Under the pieces are notes generated by a model. The model made no database searches. It saw only the letters and a program-made list of their open reading frames with translations, and was not told where the DNA came from. Positions 45,747 through 64,000 of a DNA stretch of 64,000 nt are shown in pieces; the stretch's first letter is position 1; the number at the start of each line of letters is the position of its first letter. The stretch is from the human T2T-CHM13v2.0 reference genome, Homo sapiens. The stretch lies in assembly GCF_009914755.1 (NCBI RefSeq), contig NC_060928.1. One strand, given 5' to 3'. A program made the translations under genes and the position numbers.

Positions 45747-47568
45747 TCATTATTATTTCTTTATTATGTAGGGCTATCTAGTGATTTTATCTACCAGGAG
45801 ATGAGAAACTATTTTTTCTTAGTTATCACTCTACTTCTACATTCTGCTAATTTATCAAATGTCTGAAATGCATAATTGCACCCTCTTATATTTGAGATAT
45901 CATCATTAGTGTTAATCAATTGCTGGATTTCTTTTTTTACCTGATTCCTACATGTGACCATTGGTGCTAAACAGTTTTTTCTATTCCTAGTACAGTACTA
46001 CTTTTGGTACTACTGGTTTACTTACAGATCCTTGGCTATACAGACAGAAGGAAATACATGACTACATTTTATAAACATAAGTATAATAAGAAAAACAAAA
46101 TACCCATATATAAACTGTAAAACCAATATAAATTAACAATTTTCTACTCAATTTGTATTTTTTAAATTAGTAGTACCTTTTTATATCCTTCATTTTTTCT
46201 TTTCTAGAAAAAAGCTAACCTTCAACAGTCTCAAATTATTCTATTTAGTCATACTGATTACTTTTTTTTCATGCTCATATTGCCAGAGATTACCTAGGGA
46301 GAAGCCATCTAAGTTGCTTTCCTTATCTAGCTTTTGAAAACAGCCACTAATTTTTTTCTTAGGTGAATTTTGTTTTCTCGGCAACAAAATGATTGTCCCA
46401 GAAACATTGTTTTATGTCTTTCTTCTTTTCTTTCTTTCTTTCTTTCTTTTCCCTTTCTCTGATAAGTAAAGGACCTTGATTTTTATTAGCATTATTTATT
46501 AATAGATATTAGTCAGCAAGTATCCAGCTGCTAGGACTGACCAATATCAGTGCTAGCTGTCGGCAAAAGGACTGTTGCTGCTATTGGTGACTGTTGCTGC
46601 TATTGGTGTCTTTTAGGGAGAGATCTGGAAAAGATGTTTTTAGGTTTATGAATTCACCATTGATTATTTTCTGTAACATATCATGTTGCTGCATCTACTG
46701 TTATTTTATTATGAAGTTTCACCAGCTTCAAAGATTCTCCTCTACAGTAACAAGAAAGTTGCTTTGTAAGCACAATATCAAAGGAAGGCAATTTAGAATA
46801 AGTAGATTTAGGAAGCAATTCATCTAGACCAGTGGCAAATGGAACCCTGCTAGTCCAAGTGTCAAGTGTTACCTGCAAAAGGAAAATAAAATGAGAACAA
46901 TGTCGTGAATTTTCCAAATTTAGTTTGTTCACTTTATTGGTGTTGCTGTCTTATGTGAAATGTTAGAATAGCAGTGGCAGAGATTTTAATATTTCCCTGT
47001 TCAAAAAATAAAATATTTTAAAATTTTATTTCAAATTGTGGGTGAATGTATTAACTGTCAGAATTCAAAAAAGGATTGAACAACCACCTTGAAAACATCA
47101 TGTATGCCTCTGGATCTCAGGAACTGCTGGAAACAGGAACAACATGACCTACCTATGACATTTTTTAATTTTTCAAGTAGGCTTAGACTGGTCTTGACTA
47201 CACAATTAAATCCATAGCCCCTGTGATGACAGTGTTTTGCATCTTGCAGTATGTATCACCAGACAGAGACTTTTTTTCATTTCTGGGATGGGGCTTTGGT
47301 CACCAAGTTTGGTTAAGATGTCCATCTTGGACCGTTCACCAAGGAGAAGGAGTTTGGCTCATATAAGAATCTGGTAGCTCCCTTTATAGCTAGATGGATT
47401 GGGTAGGGTGGTTCCAATTAAAAAGGAGGAATGCTGTGAAAATCTTTTTCTAGAAGTTTACAATGTCTAAGATGTCCTCACTTGGTATAATAAAAAATGG
47501 TAGTTATGTGCTTTGCATTCATTTATTTCCTTTGTTCTGTCCTTCACTGCTTTCTAAGTCTTGTTGGT

Positions 47569-47979
47569 TGTATTGGTTTGCCAGGGCTGCCATAACAAAA
47601 TACTACAGACTGGGTGGCTTAAACAACAGAAATTTGTTTTCTCACAGTTCTGGAAGCTGGAAGTCCAAGATCAAGGTGATGGCAAGTTTGGTTTCTCCTG
47701 AGGCCTCTCTCCTTGGCTTGCAAATGACCTATCTTCCCTCCCTCTGTGAATTCACATGGTTCATCACATCTCTGTGTCTTCATCACTCTCTGTGTGTGCT
47801 GTCTGTGTCCTAATCTATTCTTATAAGAACACCAGTCCCATTGGAGTGCCCATCCATATGAGCTTGTTTAACCTTTATTGTCTCTTTCAGGGCTCTGTCT
47901 CCAAATGCAGTCATATTCTAAGGTACTGGGGGTTAGGATTTTTTATAAATTTTGGAAGGATACAATTAAATCCCATGAA
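47569..47979 (-). mobile_element. MLT1A-like MaLR LTR
   Basis: gggctgccataacaaaatactacagactgggtggcttaaacaacagaaattt; ctcctgaggcctctctccttggcttgca. Confidence 0.88.
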
Positions 47980-49660
47980 TTCAAAATCCAAGTGTAAAAT
48001 TATTTACCCCAATTAGAAATTGGATAAATTAGTATCCTTTCACTATAAAATGTATTTTGACTAATATATTATTAACTACCAGGTTAAGAGTCTCTCATTT
48101 GGATAGTGTGTTTGATAAACACTCACATCAGTGTCTTCACAAAATTCTCCCTTTAAAAAGCTTTTCCTTTTCCACAACTTCAATTATGTTTTGTTGTTGT
48201 TGTTTTAATTTTCTGTTTTGCATTTTTAGTACGACAGCTTATCTTTTGCTGCCTATATTTTCTCATTTTTAAATGTATATAGATAAGTAGTTTATTCTTA
48301 TTGGACTATCGCTGACACTGTATGGAACAGAGCTTCCAATAAACAAGTGATTTTATTTATAGTTTAAGTTATTCATTACCTTCGTTTGGAGAAAGAAGCA
48401 CTTAGATTTGGGTATACTTATCACCTTTCAAACCATGGTATGTGCACTATTCATGGATCCCACGTGTTTTTAAAGTTTAATAATGTTTAATTTGAATTGT
48501 TAAAGAGGTTTATTTAAAAGCCCCAGTGTCCTTACTTTTAAACCCAAGGACTAAAGTGTTCACTGTCTATTTGAAAATATTATTAGCTTTCCGTAATGAA
48601 TACTACTTTAACTACAAATTATGCTAACATTCGAATTAGCTGAAAAGTGACCTGAGATGGCATGCCACCATTTAGTATTTAGGCTGTTTTTTTGATGTCT
48701 TTGATGTTCTATTTTTCTGTACATTTGTTATTTCATTGTTAGTCTCTAATAAGTTCTTACTTTTCTTAATATACTTATCACCCATTTATATATATACAAA
48801 TATACAAATCAGGACTTTATTCCTTCTTCAGCAATTCCTGCCTGTGCACTTCAGCACATTACCATCTCTTCTCAAGACTTCTCAGTGTAGCCTTCTAGTT
48901 TATTTTGCTATTTGCCCTCTTGAAAATAAAATAGGAAACATAATCTCAGCTCTGATATATTATGGTATAATGCAAGTCAATAATTAATTTTAATCGAATT
49001 AATATAGATTGTTTTCCTGCCCATTCTTCCTGATGTAAAACAAATAATTGGCAAATGGTAGCCAAATTTTCACTTCCAAGCATGGTCTAAATTAATATTT
49101 CACAGTTGTCACAATATACAAAATTTGTTTGAAAAACAATTCATTAAATGTGTTAGAAGAATGTTACCTACATTTGAAATATAAATATTAGAAAAAGTAA
49201 CTGGAGTTTCATTTCACAGACTTCTATTTGAAAAATGTGTATATACTTTTTATGTGTTTGCAGTGAGCAAATTCCTTTTTAATATCACTAAAGAAGTTTT
49301 TATTCAAATAAACACTTACCTGTATTTCTCATATCAAGAAATCATTTCCTGACTTCTAATATCTTTCATATCTGCCCATATGTACTTCCATTTAATTATA
49401 AGTTACATAAATATCATTAAAAAAGAAAAAAAATGAATGTGCAGATAATTGGAAAAGTTAAGAGGTTTTAGAATAAGTCTTGGAATTTTTTATTGGACTG
49501 ATAATTTTAAAGCCCATAGGTGTCAAATGATTTCTGAGACTCAGTTAAAACTTTTCATTCTGATTTGGAATTCATTTTTGCTTCACGGCTTCCACATATG
49601 AGTATTTCCTCATTTACTCAGTGTTTTGGTTTCTAATTGTTGGTTTTGATTTTTCTTCAG

Positions 49661-49754
49661 GATGTTTTGAATAATTTGGGATCTTGTGAACTGGATGAAG
49701 ATGATCTAATGCTTGATCTTGAATTTTTAGAGGAACAGAGTCTTCACCCTTCTG
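49661..49754 (+). CDS. CCSER1: Internal coding exon (94 bp, phase 0 to phase 1) of CCSER1/FAM190A, serine-rich coiled-coil protein 1; probably exon 4
   Basis: Acceptor ttttgatttttcttcag| ends at 49660; donor CTG|gtaagt starts at 49755; branch-like CTAAT at 49633-49637. Open frame DVLNNLGSCELDEDDLMLDLEFLEEQSLHPS matches the CCSER1 sequence as I recall it. Not in the ORF track because it is too short. Confidence 0.92.
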
Positions 49755-50849
49755 GTAAGTGTTAAAGAGATGAATAATATCATACAACTCCTACCCTGGT
49801 CAGTAGCTTTCACTGATAGCCTAAACACTGTTAAGGCTGCCTTCTATCTTTTCAGGCCTCAGTTTTTATAGTCTATATGCAAAGAACATGCTAGGTACCA
49901 TGGAGACATAATTTGGGTGCGTTAAATGATTTTAAAGCCTTTTATGGAAATATAAATCCTGTTGGAAGATAATTATAAATAAGAAAAACTATAAAAAAAT
50001 CTTTCCAAAATAGGAAATATTCTAGTTAAATAATTAACAAAAAGTTTAATATTTTCTTCTGTTTTGTGGAAGAAAGCAATAATTATAATCTCACTTTTCA
50101 TTTATTTTATATAACCAAATGGAAGTTTTGTGGATCTAAGATTTACTGCTCCAAATCTTAGCCACTTCCTACATAGGTTAATGTTGATGCAATAAGGTTG
50201 ATCTCAAAAGTACTAATTACCAGTAGCAGTCACAAATGCACACTCATAAACATATACACACACATAGAGTTAGAGAGGAGGTAAATAAGTTTTTGTTGAA
50301 TGACTTGAGGGAGCCTGATATATTTGTAATGGCTTAAATTTATATTAAAGCATAAAATATTATGTCTCCAAATTCCAGAATTACTCTCTTTAAAGTTGGT
50401 TATAGGAATTATTGGTCGTCCATTCAAATTTAGATATTTGACAGCAAAAGTAAACATTTACACTTAATTTTTTTGTTGCTAATAATGTCTTTAACATAGT
50501 CATTTTCAAGTGGATATAGCATTAAACTAAAGCTTTAGAACGTTGGGACCTACTGCATACATTTAAGAAAATCAGTCTCTTATATGGTAGTGTCTTTATT
50601 TTTAATTCGTGGAAATTAGACATAACCTCTGTAGTTATTTTTAGTTGTAAAACTTTATGATGAATTTTCATTTATGTAGTATATTTGGATAATAGATAAT
50701 ATCATATTATCAATTGTCAAAAGAAGGCAATAACAATGTTGATATTTTCTTACACTCTATTTTAGGCTAATACCAAACAAGAAACTGCATTTAAAATTTT
50801 TTCGGTTGAATACCACTTTATGATAAAAATTTCTTGGGACATTTTTCCT

Positions 50850-52260
<1,411 letters not shown>

Positions 52261-52842
52261 AAAGCAACAATTAGAAAACACTACAGTTAACATAGCAGTC
52301 TCAATTATGTTTGGTAGTCAACCACAATGACGAGAAAATAATGATTTAAATATCTGAAGACTTATTTCAGTGTGTTTACTTGGGGACAAAATCAACCTCT
52401 TTAAACTTTAGTCTCTCCTTTACGAAGTAATAATGGTACTGTGTACTTCATTAATTTATTTTAAATAAAAATGAAATAATTTTTACAATGAATCTCTTGA
52501 GTCTACTTTAAGGTGTAGGTTGCTTAGTTAAAGCTCAAACCAGGGTACCTGATGAATCAACTGAGTCATATAAATTGTTCACAAGATAAATGGTATTAGT
52601 TTGCATACATGAAGTGCAATTCTAATAGATAAAATATTACTTAGAGTGACTTTGGATTGTTTAATGTCACTTAATAAACTGTCTTTTGAAAATCTATTTC
52701 ATTTTAGATGCCATGTTGTGTGGTTTTTAAAAAGCAGCAAACACGTTTATATACTTTAGCTGAGAAAGAATTATTTCCAGTTGAATTGGTTTTATACAAT
52801 TTATTTTATTTATTAAGCAACATAATTAAAGACCTCAGATTA

Positions 52843-53161
<319 letters not shown>

Positions 53162-53449
53162 TTATAAGAAGCTTATGATTGATAATTGATATTGATAAAA
53201 ATCACAGCATTAAACATTCAAAAATGATGTTTTTAATAAAAGAACAGCGATTTTCAAAAGTCTGAAAAGTGAAATAATGATATCATTATATTCCACTGCT
53301 TATATTACTGAAAATCATTAAAGGGGTTGAAAAAATACTTCTTAAAGACAATGCATATGAATTTTTGGCTACAGAGTCTTATTATGGTAGTTTATAGTAG
53401 GGCTTACTATAATGGCCAAGATTGACTTTTTAAAAGACCACAGAAGACA

Positions 53450-63210
<9,761 letters not shown>

Positions 63211-63313
63211 GATACGGGGTGTGAATGTTTAGTTTTTGCTGATTGTATTGAATAATTTGAATAGTTTCATAAATCCTTGTAATAAAGAGTCCTAAATTAA
63301 TATATGTTCCTCC

Positions 63314-63777
<464 letters not shown>

Positions 63778-64000
63778 CTAAAAGGAGATAGCCTTGAGAG
63801 GAAAAAAATTTAAAAATAAAATTAAAAATTTCAATAATTTACCATGATCTTGGCATTATCTAATTTTATTGTTTTAAATTCTAATATAAAGGCTAAGGTT
63901 TTCAATTTAAAAGGTTTTAGATTTAAAGGATTTTTTTATTATATTTTCTTGAGTTTCTGAAAAATGTTTTCTGGAAACCATTTTTTGTGAAATAATACAC

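Overview
Human genomic DNA, AT-rich and repeat-dense; AluYa5 and AluYb8/9 copies support the species call. The window is almost all intron. The one supported host coding feature is a 94-bp + strand exon (49661-49754, DVLNNLGSCELDEDDLMLDLEFLEEQSLHPS), which I recognise from memory as CCSER1/FAM190A (4q22, FRA4F fragile-site region). The rest is retroelements: about 18 Alus, many L1 fragments, MIR/L2 and several LTRs. Among the L1s are two with 5' inversions and a near full-length L1PA3/4 nested in an L1PB. There is also a 3.5-kb two-LTR provirus relic with a Ser-tRNA-like PBS, a class III (ERVL-type) integrase remnant and a gamma-type env remnant. The longer ORFs in the supplied track are repeat-derived, and none is supported as a gene. 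I see no evidence of a wholly new biological system. The best leads are the class III/gamma-env provirus, an L1 3' transduction, a tightly spaced inverted Alu trio, a candidate poison exon and young, possibly polymorphic Alus. Subfamily names come from remembered consensus sequences and need RepeatMasker/Dfam confirmation.
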